Shown here in pieces: positions 16,931 through 35,918 of a stretch of DNA of 64,000 nucleotides. Origin of the DNA: Macrostomum lignano (taxonomy: Eukaryota); the NCBI GenBank assembly GCA_002269645.1, contig NIVC01001776.1, positions 275,990 through 339,989 on the forward strand, given 5' to 3'. Under the pieces are notes generated by a model, which was given only the letters and a program-made list of their open reading frames with translations, made no database searches and was not told the origin of the DNA. The translations under genes were made by a program, and so were the position numbers. Numbering within the stretch: position 1 is the stretch's first letter; every line of letters starts with the position of its first letter.

Positions 16931-17236
16931 AAATGTACAGTGTTTTGGAATAACTTTTAATAGCCTTCTCTGTACCCCCGCGAGTAGAGAGGCGTGCAGA
17001 GGAGCTTTAGCGAGAGATTCAACCACTGTCCTCACTCCTCTGTATAGACAAGTCTGCAGCAGTTAAACAAGGATGGCAAATCAAGGCGATGTGGGATCAT
17101 TTTTAAAAATAGCGAAAAATTAACTGATTACAATGCAATCCTACTAAATTAGTTACACCATGAAAATTTTAACATTAAGATTCGCATAAGGTACTTTAAA
17201 ATTTAAATGGCCTCCTAAAAATGCGGATTTCCTTGG

Positions 17237-17716
17237 TTGTTAGACTGCTGCAGACTGTGGTGGTGGAACTGGAGATACACAAATTCCTCTCAGAGCTGCT
17301 AATTGGCCAGAAAGATGACGTGATTAAAGCGTGAGAAATGATAACAACCATGATAGTACTACATCCCACAAACTGGATTTCGAAGCAGGGATCGGCGGAT
17401 TTTTTACGTCAAAGGCCAGATATAGAATCAAGCTCATGGCTGCGGGCCATATGAAAGTGAAAAGGAAAAAGAATAGACTATTAGAAAGGGAGGAGGGGCG
17501 AGAGGGGCATAAGAGAAAAGATAGATATCAGGAGAGACGAGGGGGTTGAGGAGAGAGCAGAGAATATGGGACGAAGAAGCGAGAGGAGAGAAGAGAGAGG
17601 GGAGAGGAAATAGTAGAGGTGAGAAGATGGAGAGAGAAGAGTCGAGAGATGAGACAGATGATCGATGAGAGAGGAGAGTAGAGAAGAGTGAGAAGAGATG
17701 AGAGAACAGAGAGGTA

Positions 17717-17753
<37 letters not shown>

Positions 17754-17772
17754 TGAGAAGATGAGATAAGAG

Positions 17773-17865
<93 letters not shown>

Positions 17866-19385
17866 GAGAAGATGAGATAAGAGATAAGAGAGAGAGAGAG
17901 ATTTGAGAAAGAAGAGAGGAGAAAGGAGAGATGATAGAGTAAAGGGAAGAGGAAGAGAGAGGAAAGAGATGAGATTGTAGAGATGAGAGAGATGAAAGAA
18001 AAGATGATCGAGAGAGTAGAGATGAGAGATGAAGAAAGAGAGAGCAGAGTGCAGAGAGACGAGAGAAGAAAATAGAGGGGAGAGAGTATAGAAGATGGAA
18101 GAGAAGAGAGGAGTAAGGAAAGAGAGGAGTCAGAAGAGGGGAAGAGAAGAGTACACAGTAGAGAGGAGAGTAGAGATGACAGAAGAGAGAGGGGAATGAG
18201 GGAGCAAAGATGAGAGTGAACAGACGATATAAGAGAGAAGAGAGGAGAGTGGAGAGAGAAGAGAGAAGACAAGAGAGGGAGAGTATAGAAGAGAGAAGAG
18301 AAGAGACGAGAAGAAATAAGAAAGGAAAGAGAGTCCTGAGTCAAAAAAGGGGAAAGAGATGAGTACAAGAGAGAGGTGAGGGAACATATGAGAGTAAAGA
18401 TGAGAGATGAGAGAGGGGAGATGAGAGAGCAGAAACGAGAGTGAACAGACGAGAGATGGGAGAGTAGAAAGAAAAGAGGAGAGATATGAAATAATAGATG
18501 AGAGGTGGAGACAGGGGAGAGATGAGAAGTGAGTGAAGAGAGAGGAGGGGAATGGAGAGAATCTAGAGGACAGTGAAACTGGTGAAAGGGACGAGAGAGG
18601 AGAGGAAAGAGGGAAGAGATTAGAGAGAAGAGAGATAGGACAGGAGAGAGCAGAGAGATGAGAGGAGAGAGAGAGGGGGAGAGAGAGAAGATAGAAATGA
18701 GAAAAGATAAGAGAGAGAGAGAAGATAAAAGAAGAGATATGAGAGATAAGAGAGCAAAGACGAGAGAGAAGGGAGGTGAGGGAAGAGACGATAGAAGAGA
18801 TGAGAGCAGAGAGCGGACAGAGGAGAGGAGAGAGTTGAGAGAAGAGAGGAAAAATGAGAGTTGAGAGAAGAGAGGAAAAGGAGAGAGTAGAGACGAGGGA
18901 AGTGTTGAGAGAGGGTAGAGTAAGGAGTGAGAAGAGGGGAGAGGGAAGAGAGAGTAGAGAGCAGAGAGAAATGAGAAGAGATAAAAGAGGAGAAAGAAGA
19001 TATGAGAGACCAGAGAGAAGAGAGGAGAGGAGAAAAAAAGAATAGAGAGAAGAGGGGAGAGAGGAGAGAGGACAGAGGAGAGAAGAAAGAAGAGATAAGA
19101 GGAGAGAGAGAGAAGAGCCGAGAGAGAAGATAGGAAACAGAAAAGAAGATGGAAGTTTCAAAGGATGCAAGGGACATAGGTAGAGGCGGAGGCAGAGGCC
19201 AGAGTTTGCCTGACATTCTGTGCAGTACCCCAGCCAACAATATCAATGCTTGCTTTAAATGCTAATTTTACACGAATGTGCACTCTATTTTGTGTTTAAC
19301 TCCATCCTAACTATTAACAAGTTTTTGTTTGAGTTTGACCTCAGATTTCAGAATACATGCAAAAATAATTCCGGGGAATGGAGTT
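17237..19385. repeat. dispersed element with long polypurine (GA-rich) core, copy 1
   Basis: Both flanks (GGTTGTTAGACTGCTG...GGAGATACACAAATTCCTCTCAG; GAAGTTTCAAAGGA...TTAACAAGTT) are homologous to 44503-46095. The core ~17500-19150 is almost all A/G. Confidence 0.85.
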
Positions 19386-22300
19386 CCCCGGGTTCAAAAT
19401 CCGCGGGTTTCAACAGCTTGTTGATTTATAATTGTGATAAGCTGTTGAAATTCTAAGCTAGTACCTTTCCTACTGGAAATTTTCTTAACTGGCAACTTTC
19501 TTGCTGGCAAAGTTTCTAGACCCATTAAATTATGCAAACTCAATAGGGTAGAATATAAACTAATATGATTTTTGAGTGAGCCTTGTGCCCTTTCAACAAT
19601 TGCTACCTATATTTAAATTCAAGCCTTAGCTAAATTATCTACCCTAATGCCTAACTTAAAGTTTACTAGGCCAGTATGGCATACCTATATCTGTGTCAGA
19701 TCTGTTTTGCATGCAATTTAAATCTTCTATTTTTTTCGGCTTTAAGTATCTAATACTCTCTCTTATTATTATTTTTTAATTAACTATGTTGTTTCTTTTT
19801 TCTCTTAAATTTTCTAGAAGAGAGTGTTTTTTCACATATTTTCATCTTATATTTTATGTTTTTGTCTTATGGATCCCATTGTAAAGATTGTGGCTAGATT
19901 GGCTAAATGGTTAAGTCTATTAGGTCTCCAATTTAGGGCTATTTCAAAGTTGCTATTTACTACTTGAAATAATTAATGCAAAAGCAAGTACCAGCCCTAA
20001 AGCTGATCAAAATAATAGTTTTGAAATTAGGAAACTTTGCCTACTAAAAACAAAGCCTATTATACTAAAATAGGAAAAAGATATAAGTGCCAAAAAACAT
20101 AAGCATAAAAGTTGCCTAGCTAAATTTATACTATTAAGCTTAAGCTCAAGTCATCATAAAAAAAGTCCTTATTACCCTCAGTTTGCTTACAATGCTTAGT
20201 ATAATAGTGCCTTTATTCTAGTGCATGTTATGTTATGATGCCTCTATTCTTGCGATTTATGATTAAAATTTGTCCTTATTTATTTATACCTCCAAATCTA
20301 TTTCTAATTAGTGATAGGATAGGACAAATCCTAAAGTCCAAAACATTTGAATCCTAGGCCCTAGCAAAATTAGGGACATTAATCCCAATTGCTTGCCCCT
20401 TGCAGTTTTTATGGTTAGAAAATTTAGAGATTTTTTTACCTTTTCATTTTTGGCATATATTTATATATTGCCAATTGCCATTGGTATGCATTAGTATAGC
20501 TAAAATAGGATTTGCATTCTAGCATGCACTACTACACAATCTAAATCCTAGCTTGGTCTCTACCCCAATGCAGTGGAGATCATACAATAGGCCCTAAACA
20601 GTAAACAAGTCACTGCACTGTCATCTGAAATAGAATGAACAAACCATAGATTAAAAGTTTATGCCAAGCCCTAAGTTTTTTAAATGACTTCTTATGCCCA
20701 ATATGGAGTAGAAATAGTATGCCAACTATAAACAAACTTGCAACCCGCTAATCCAAATTTACACCAGCAATTTTTGGCATGGATCTATTTTCGAGAGAGA
20801 TTCAATAGATCCTAACAAAGTAGCCTAATAGCAATAGGCAATTGAATAGCCAATGATATTGTATATGCTAGGCCTTAAGTTATAGCACTTTTTCAGTGAT
20901 TTAAATTCGCTTTGAATTATCCAGTTCTGCTGCGTTCAGGCATAGAAAACACTAACGCGTAAGCCGTAGGCCTAACCTGAATCTTTATTTAAATTAAATT
21001 TGACTTTTATATAATGTTCTTTCAAAGTTGAATGTGTAGTAATTCGTTAACTCATCACAGGATAATTGTGCCATACTCTGTCACTGTCAGAACTGCCTAT
21101 GCTGTCAGTGACTCTTTTAACATCATGTTTTTATGGCTTTGACGCCAATTGCAATACTGCTTGAAAATTTTTACACTTTCTAAGAACGCATTTATTGTTT
21201 AAAATTTTGCCATATTTTACTGTGCAAAGGCCATAACGCTTTTGAACGCGTATAACGGTATGAGAGTGTAAGATTAAAGATAGTTTCCAACAAGTCCAAC
21301 AAGGGCGGGGCCGCTCCCCCTTGTGGTTGGCGATGATGGTGCCCCTTTTCCTTTAGGCTAAAAAAGGTCCTCACCGCCCTCTATTTGCTCAGTATGGCAC
21401 CCTCTCGGCTATATCATGGCGCCCCTCTCGTGTACATTTTGACGCCCCACTTTTATGGTAAAAATCCGCCCCCAATTTTATATTTCTAAATCCGCCTCTG
21501 AACAAGAAATACGCTTCATTTACTTGATTTTATTAAATATTTGGTCAGAGTGCATTTTTTAGGCATAATTCAACTAATTAAGCATGCAGCAGCCATGCAG
21601 GACTCGGTGGAACCGATTTCTTAATTTAATTTATTAGCCAAATTATAGTCAATGCTAAAAATTTTTATCATACGAGCACTTCTATATATACGCAATCATC
21701 GGAAGCAGAAACAATGACTACTTAAGGACTCTGCAACTCGATCTGATATCAAACATATATATTTTGTAGGCTGAACTTTATAACTTTATGCAATTTCCGA
21801 ATAGCTGCAGTAGACCCTTAGTTTTTCCCTATTTTACTACTTAATTCTTTTGAGTAGCAAAATAACACTTAGATGAAACTAGGCAAAAATTTCTCGAGTC
21901 GAGCAACATGTATAACGCTCGTGCAATTTGATCACCAGTCTAGTAAAAGCTTTTTTTCTCTAATCATGACCTTATGCAATTTACAGTGTACACATGCTGA
22001 AGGTCACACTACCAACGTAGCTCGATGATTCGATCCAGGTGTACAAGTCAATTTCGCATGTAGCGTTGGAGTTCCCATGTGTAAATCATCATGCAAAAAC
22101 ATTTTTATTAGAATTGATAATTGTATCATAAAAGTATTGTTTGAAGAAGTTCATTTTCAAGAAATTGCATAATGCATATATTTACAGAATATGTTGTGTA
22201 TCCGACATGTAAATGTTTATTTATAGCAAACATTTCTTAGCTACATGTATAGCAGTACGTGCAGCTTATTAGCGTCCATATACATTATAGGATTTTGCGC

Positions 22301-23365
22301 TCAGCAAGCCCGAGCATTGGCAGTCGATGCAATCGCACCATCATCATCAATGGAATCATCAGCTGACAGAGTGGTGAAGGACAACTGAGAGCCAGTTGAA
22401 GTTGTCCAGCTCGTGTCTGTACTGGCCAGCGAGTTCCGCGGCTCCGGCTTCAACGGTGCAATGATGACGGCAATTGAGGAATGATGCAGCACGTAGGAAG
22501 ACACACTGCCCAGGAAGGTCCTACGCAGAGAGTTCGCTCCTCGATTGCCCATCAGAATCAAGCTGACGGACTCCTGCTCGGCTAAGCTGATTATGGCAGC
22601 TCCAACATTGGAAGCGAAGCATTCGACAAATTTTTAGGGCCGGCTGATGCCCAGCTGGACGCATTTCTCATCTAGCAGGGTGGCCATCTGCCTGGAAGAG
22701 GCAGTAGGAATGTAGGGAGTAGGAATGTAGGGAGTAGAACTGCAGGGAGTAGGAATGTAGGGAGTAGGACTGCAGGGAGTAGGAATGTAGGGAGTAGGAC
22801 TGCAGGGAGTAGGAATGTAGGGAGTAGGACTGCAGGGAGTAGGAATGCAGGGAGTAGGAATGTAGGGAGTAGGAATGTAGCTAGGGATTAGGAATGTAGG
22901 GAGTAGGAATGTACGTAGGGAGTTAGGAATGTAGGGAGTAGGAGTGTAGGGAGTAGACATGTAGGGAGTAGGACTGTAGGGAGTAGGAATGTAGGGGGTA
23001 GGAATGTAGGGAGTTAGGAATGTAGGAAGTTAGGAATGTAGGGAGTTAGGAATGTAGGGAGCAGTGACCTCCCCTATTAAATTTATTACCGTGGGGAAAA
23101 CTATGACTGATATATAGATATCCGATAACACGCACCTGGCTCGCTCCACCATGGCTTCCAGCCGTTTTTGAAACAGCTCAGCGGACCTGATCATGCCCAT
23201 ACCGTCGCCCACACCAACAGGCGGCGGCTCGGCCACGTACACGAACACCAGGTAGTCCCCCGGCCGGTCCAGAAACTCCGAGTACCACTCGAGAGCTCGA
23301 CGGCTGTACAGACTGCCGTCCATTGCGATTAGAATTCGGCGCTGCGGCGACTTCTTGTTCGGCAT
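22301..23365 (-). pseudogene. universal stress protein (UspA family) with in-frame TAA (nonsense allele or sequence error)
   Basis: Exons 23365-23136 and 22691-22301 join in phase 2. Motifs: RRILIAMDGS, LVFVYV, LILMGNRG...RRTFLGSVSSYVLHHSSIAVII. A TAA at 22636-22634 (GISRP*KFVE) lies in frame with both sides. Confidence 0.82.
22702..23058. repeat. 15-bp minisatellite (GTAGGGAGTAGGAAT), USP intron
   Basis: About 23 copies ending at the acceptor. Confidence 0.93.
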
Positions 23366-23461
23366 GACTTAAATTGTTGATGGTGGGAATTCGCTGTGGG
23401 ATCGAGGAGTGGGAAGACTGGTGATTCTATTTAGGGGGATTGCAAGGATACGAATTGAAGG

Positions 23462-24590
23462 GAGTGGGGCTGCAGGGAGAGGGATTGAAGGGAGACGGAT
23501 TGAAGGGAGAGGGATTGAAGGGAGACGGATTGAAGGGAGACGGATTGAAGGGAGACGGATTGAAGGGAGACGGATTGAAGGGAGACGGATTGAAGGGAGA
23601 CGGATTGAAGGGAGACGGATTAAAGGGAGACGGATTGAAGGGAGACGGATTGAAGGGAGACGGATTGAAGGGAGACGGATTGAAGGGAGACGGATTGAAG
23701 GGAGACGGATTGAAGGGAGACGGATTGAAGGGAGACTGATTGAAGGGAGACGGATTGAAGGGAGACGGATTGAAGGGAGACGGATTGAAGGGAGACGGAT
23801 TGAAGGAAGACGGATTGCAGGGAGACGGATTGAAGGGAGACGGATTGAAGGGAGACGGATTGAAGGGAGACGGATTGCAGGGAGACGGATTGAAGGGAGA
23901 CCGATTGAAGGGAGACGGATTGAAGGGAGACGGATTGAAGGGAGACTGATTGAAGGGAGACGGATTGAAGGGAGACGGATTGAAGGGAGACGGATTGAAG
24001 GGAGACGGATTGAAGGGAGACGGATTGAAGGGAGACGGATTGAAGGGAGACGGATTGAAGGGAGACCGATTGAAGGGAGACGGATTGAAGGGAGACGGAT
24101 TGAAGGGAGACGGATTGAAGGGAGACGGATTGAAGGGAGACGGATTGAAGGGAGACGGATTGAAGGGAGACGGATTGAAGGGAGACGGATTGAAGGGAGA
24201 CGGATTGAAGGGAGACGGATTGAAGGGAGACGGATTGAAGGGAGACGGATTGAAGGGAGACGGATTGAAGGGAGACGGATTGAAGGGAGACGGATTGAAG
24301 GGAGACGGATTGAAGGGAGACGGATTGAAGGGAGACGGATTGAAGGGAGACGGATTGAAGGGAGACGGATAGAAGGGAGACGGATTGAAGGGAGACGGAT
24401 TGAAGGGAGACGGATTGAAGGGAGACGGATTGAAGGGAGACGGATTGAAGGGAGACGGATTGAAGGGAGACGGATTGAAGGGAGACGGATTGAAGGGAGA
24501 CGGATTGAAGGGAGACGGATTGAAGGGAGACGGATTGAAGGGAGACTGATTGAAGGGAGACGGATGAAAGGGTGAGAGATTTCAGGGAGG
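23462..24590. repeat. 15-bp minisatellite (GGGAGACGGATTGAA) upstream of USP
   Basis: About 74 highly homogeneous copies; the source of the spurious (LPSIR)n/(IEGRR)n ORFs. Confidence 0.97.
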
Positions 24591-25459
24591 GGGATTGCAG
24601 GCAAAACAAGCAATCAGAAATCTCCAGGTACATGACAAGGAGACATTTCTGTATAACTGTCTACAAAGGGCATCAATGCCAGTATTAAAATGCTCAGAAG
24701 AGAAGCAGTTTCCTACTACTCACCTGGAAGTGCAAAGTACAAAAGCAGAAATATTTTACAAACAGGCAAGCCGTAAAGCAGTTGTTTAGTCTTCCGCTGT
24801 CTGGGACCAGGGGACTGGATTTTATAGCGGCGTTGGCTGCCAGTATTTTATACCGAGTGCGTTATCACACTACTCGATGAACTTCTACAATGAAGGCGGT
24901 CTCAGCTGCGCAGAGAAAAAATATTCGCATTAAAAAAACTAAATGAGCCACTCGGTTCAGAGATAGCGGAAAAAGCTAGCCATGTTTTGTCAAGATTGCA
25001 ACAATGACTGACAACCGCTATTTTTTAAGCGGGCTAAATAACATGGCGAACAACAAAGGTTGACCTTGTCAATCAATTCTCTAATCAGCATGAGGCAGTG
25101 GCGTGATAAGTTCAGAGCCAACAGCTGCATTTCTTATCAGTGACAAATAATCTTGTTTAAAAAAGCTTTGACACTTTTTAGATCAAGTGCATCATGCCAC
25201 CCAGGCATGAACACAGGCATTGACTCTATGGGACATAACCAATTCATGCTAAGAAACTTACTTGAATGACTTGGGAATATGAATATGATTAATATGATAA
25301 CAAGTTAAAAGTTATATTTTATTTACATTACATTGACAGTTATTCCCTTGAATAAGCGCAATGAATAACAAATAAGACAGAAAAAGAAGGCAAGAAGTGA
25401 AAAATACAATTAACTGCATCGAAAAACCCTTGACATTTCACCATCTGAACATTCCACAC

Positions 25460-25730
25460 CTCAAAACCCAAGCACCCCAGACTCAAAACCCGAGCACCCC
25501 AGACTCAAAACCCAAGCACCCCAGACTCAAAACTCGAGCACCCCAGACTCAAAACCCGAGCACCCCTGACTTTAAACCCGAGCACCCCTGACTCAAAACC
25601 CGAGCACCCCAGACTCAAAACCCGAGCACCCCAGACTTGAAGCCCGAGCACCCCAGACTCAAAGCCCGAGCACCCCAGACTTTAAACCCGAGCACCCCAG
25701 ACTCAAAACCCGAGCACCCCAGACCTCAAA
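25460..25730. repeat. 22-bp minisatellite (CCGAGCACCCCAGACTCAAAAC)
   Basis: About 12 copies just downstream of the ENaC stop codon. Confidence 0.92.
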
Positions 25731-25836
25731 ACCATGCATGTAGCATGAACTACATGTTGAAGCAATACAACAAGCCAGCTCAAATAGGAGCATATAACAT
25801 GGTAATCTGTATGAATAGCAGAATGCTGCACTGTCA

Positions 25837-32238
<6,402 letters not shown>

Positions 32239-33148
32239 TCTGGATGCAGTTGTAGCCAGGCAGGTATGTTAGCTGAACAGCTCTTATAGTAGCCAGCTCT
32301 TGTAACAGCAGCCTGGTCGAGGGAGAGGGAGAGAAATAGAATAAAAAAGCTCTATGTAGGATCATAAGCCCGGCCAATGAGAGGCACTCACGGACAGCCA
32401 GTGAACATGCAATAGCTTCAATAGCAAGTCAACATGCAGAGAGCGTAGCAGCTATATCGCAATTGTACACATGAATTTGAGCTGTAGGGAGAAGAGCGCT
32501 CAGTCCTCTCGATTGTATTTATGCTTCCATGGTAAGTATGAGAACTTGTATAGCAATAAATTATATCCTTCCCGCACGCACGCATCAGGCATCCCTCGTA
32601 ACTGTCAGAATTTATACAATCTTAGGGATTAACCGTCGACAGCTTTTTATCCTGTACTTTAACAGGAACAAAAAATAGACGCTTGAGCTCAAGAGAGCTC
32701 TCGGAGGAATGAAAATCCCAATCTGGCTTAGACTTGGAAAGAAACAAAGGAGAAAGCTGCGATGTTAGCTACATGTAGGAGCATAGGATCAAGATGTTGC
32801 AGTTAAAACCGCGACAATGGTGAACCGCTGTACAAAGCGTATGTATTAACATCTTGTCTACGTCCTTATGTACTCCTGAGTACATACATACTCATACACA
32901 CGCTCACACTGGGTGTACAGCGCATGTCGTGCGGGAGGTAAATCAAACACAAAGCCCCAGTCCGAATGTCCTGAATTTTACACAATGAAATCAATTGAGA
33001 TAATAAACGTTTGACAAATACATATATATTTATACTTCAAAGAGTCGGCTAGCTAGTACTATATTGACACAAAAAGATCAATAAAATTCAGCTAGCAATA
33101 AGAATGCACTGGAAGGGATTAAAAAACACCGAAAAAGACCCAATCAGA

Positions 33149-33783
33149 CTACTTGTCCCCATTAGCCGCAGTTGTACATTCCGCACTTGTTCCATCAGCA
33201 CTATCCGGCACATCAAAGTTAAATCGGAAATCAAACAATTTCTTAGCGGGTTTCTCAACAGCTGACTCTGCGGCAATCTGGTCGCTCTGCTGCTCGTCAG
33301 TTGAATTAGACGCCTCAGAGAGGACGCAGGTTCGAACCGCGTGTCCAGCAGGTGTGCCTGGCCGACTGACTGCGGACGCGTGCTGCTGACGGGCCAACTC
33401 TGCTCGCATCTTGGCTCGATAGTCGCCCAGATGCTGGCGCATTGCCTGCCGCTTCTGCAGCTTGCTGGCACCGGCGCTGCTGAGCACGCGAATTGCGGCC
33501 AGCTCAGACTCCAGCTGACGTCTCGGCGTGCCACCGCCGCTGGCACTCCCCGAGCTTCTCTGCTTCTCCATCCGATTAGCGGCCGTGAGTCTCAACCGTT
33601 CGAGGCACCAGGACAACTCCAATTCGTAATTGTACTCGTCTGCCGATTGCTGCTGCTGCTCATCGCCTACCAGCTGCGGTTCCTCGGAGGAAGCGGAAGC
33701 GGATGAAGCGGAAGCGGATGAGGAACCCAACGGCTGAGGTCGCTTTGGCGGCCTCGCATTGATTGGTTTATTGGGTCGTCTGG
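33149..33783 (-). CDS. C8orf33: UPF0488 / C8orf33 homologue (main exon; 5' exon uncertain)
   Basis: YELELSWCLERL...AIRVLSS...KLQKRQAMRQHLGDYRAKMRAE and a C-terminal FRFNF match the C8orf33 family pattern (ELAWCVEQL...KRQLM...FGDYRAQM...FRFNF). The frame is open upstream to an acceptor near 33783. Confidence 0.78.
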
Positions 33784-33859
33784 CTGGCAGAAGGATGAAA
33801 TTAAAATATCTGCGAATTATTGGATATTTAAATTTAAAACACTTCTCACCTGTGAGTAC

Positions 33860-34385
33860 AGCCCAATAGTCTCATCAAGGAGACCTTGATAGTCTGATCT
33901 GGGAATAGGAGACCCCGATAATCTCACCTAAGAATAGAGAGCCCGATAATCTTATCTGGGAATGAGACCCTGATAATCTCACCTGGGAGTAGACTCCAAT
34001 AGTTTCATCTGGGAATAGGAGACCCCGATAATCTCACCTGGAAATAGAGAGCCCGATAATCTTATCTGGGAATAGGAGACCCCGATAATCTCACCTGGGA
34101 ATAGGAGACCCCGATAATCTCACCTGGGAATAGGAGACCCCGATAATCTCACCTGGGAATAGGAGACCCCGATAATCTCACCTGGGAATAGGAGACCCCG
34201 ATAATCTCACCTGGGAATAGGAGATCCCGATAATCTCACCTGGGAATAGGAGACCCCGATAATCTCACCTGGGAATAGGAGACCCCGATAATCTCACCTG
34301 GGAATAGGAGACCCCGATAATATCACCTGGAAATAGAGAGCCCGATAATCTTATCTGGGAATAGGAGACCCCGATAATCTCACAG
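33860..34385. repeat. 29-bp minisatellite (GGGAATAGGAGACCCCGATAATCTCACCT)
   Basis: About 18 copies just upstream of the C8orf33 exon. Confidence 0.94.
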
Positions 34386-34678
34386 GGTTTTTATTAAAAA
34401 AATGATTTTGAAGACTGATAACGACTTATTGTTGCATTTCAAAGGCTCACACGGCAGATGCAACAACAAACTTCATTTTACAGGAAATAGAAAAAAACAT
34501 TCCGAATGAACAAAAGTACAAATAGTTAAAAGAAGTGCAAAAACTTTATTAGAACAATGGGCCTTATAACGAGAATTAATACAACTGTAGATTAACTTCA
34601 TATACGAGCGTATATGAAATGAATAATTAAAATTACTAGGCACGTCTTGCAATAAAAATCATTACAAATATTAAATAG

Positions 34679-35558
34679 CAGTGTTGGGCACCGTTAATGA
34701 AAATCTTAACTTCCGTTAATAGCAAAAGCGTTAGCGTTAAAACAAAAAAATCTTAACTTTTTAACTCCTAATTTCGTTAAGTTAACTGATAATCGTTAAT
34801 AAGCGTTAATCCGTTAAAGTTAACACAGAAAATACGGAAATCTTGCACGTTTTCAAATGGTTTTCTCCAAAACAGACTTCGTAATGCAAGTCTTTGCTAT
34901 TCCATCTTTTTAGCGAAACACAGAGGTCATCTAAGCGATTTGAAAGCTAAAAAAGTAATAAATAATCATTTTAAAAACTTGCATGCATAATACTACTAAA
35001 AGTAAAGCATATGGTAAAAAGTAACTTATTTTATTTGAAACTTAAAAGCTAATAACGAGAAATTCATAATTAAATACGCATAGGAAGGTTGTTTCAGTAC
35101 CATTAGCAGGCGCAGCAGAAAGTTGCGAAAGATTGGGACAGAAGTGAATCAAAGCGATCGATGCTCACGCGCAAGAAATAAAGTTTCACACTATTTTAAT
35201 TCATTATTTTAAAGTTTATATGTAAGAAGTTGTTAATTACATGTACGTCTGTATGATCATCGTCATAAATAAAGAGATTATATTTAGGCATACAGGTAAG
35301 CCCAAATACGTTCGTAATGTTTAAACTTCTTGTAAGACTTCTATTTTTCGTTCCTTCTTTGCGTCTTTGGTCATTGACATAGACACTACCGTTAACGATG
35401 AATTTATCGTTAATTTACAAAATTTTTAACGCAAATTCGTTAATCCGTTAGTTCAAAAAAATCTTAACGACAGTCCGTTAACGTTAATGAAAAATCTTAA
35501 CGCTTATTAACGCTTATTAACGGATTAACGCTTATTAACGGACTGGTGCCCAACACTG
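34679..35558. mobile_element. hAT-type MITE, 880 bp
   Basis: 14-bp TIR CAGTGTTGGGCACC, perfect 8-bp TSD TTAAATAG (34671-34678 / 35559-35566), and subterminal CGTTAA repeats. Confidence 0.92.
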
Positions 35559-35918
35559 TTAAATAGTATGTTAGAGTGGAATAGGGAATTGCATACCTCC
35601 CAACAAAGTACTTCATAATTACTTTAATTTATTTAACATTCAATAGCTTACATTTCTACTATAAGTAGACAGTTGACGGGATATGAAAATACTTTTAAAT
35701 AGTGACTATTGATAAATTACGATACACTATTCATACTACTGTTAGCAACCTTCATAGTGGCTCAATCTGAATACCAGGTTTTATAGTCTATAATTCTGAC
35801 ACTGGATTCAATCCAATTGATTGGATTGTGACATTCTGACACTGTAAGTGAATCTTATGACATCTGCCTCATTTTTGGCGGGTAATAAATGCTATTGATA
35901 ATTAAATTAAAAAGAAAA

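Noticed and set aside
17481-19246. Long Leu/Ser-rich membrane-like ORFs (also 44552-45937)
   Set aside because: Artefacts of a CT/GA low-complexity tract that lacks stops.
23369-24633. 300-400-aa ORFs on both strands; a collagen-like (GDGLK)n frame
   Set aside because: A perfect 15-bp DNA repeat with no synonymous variation.
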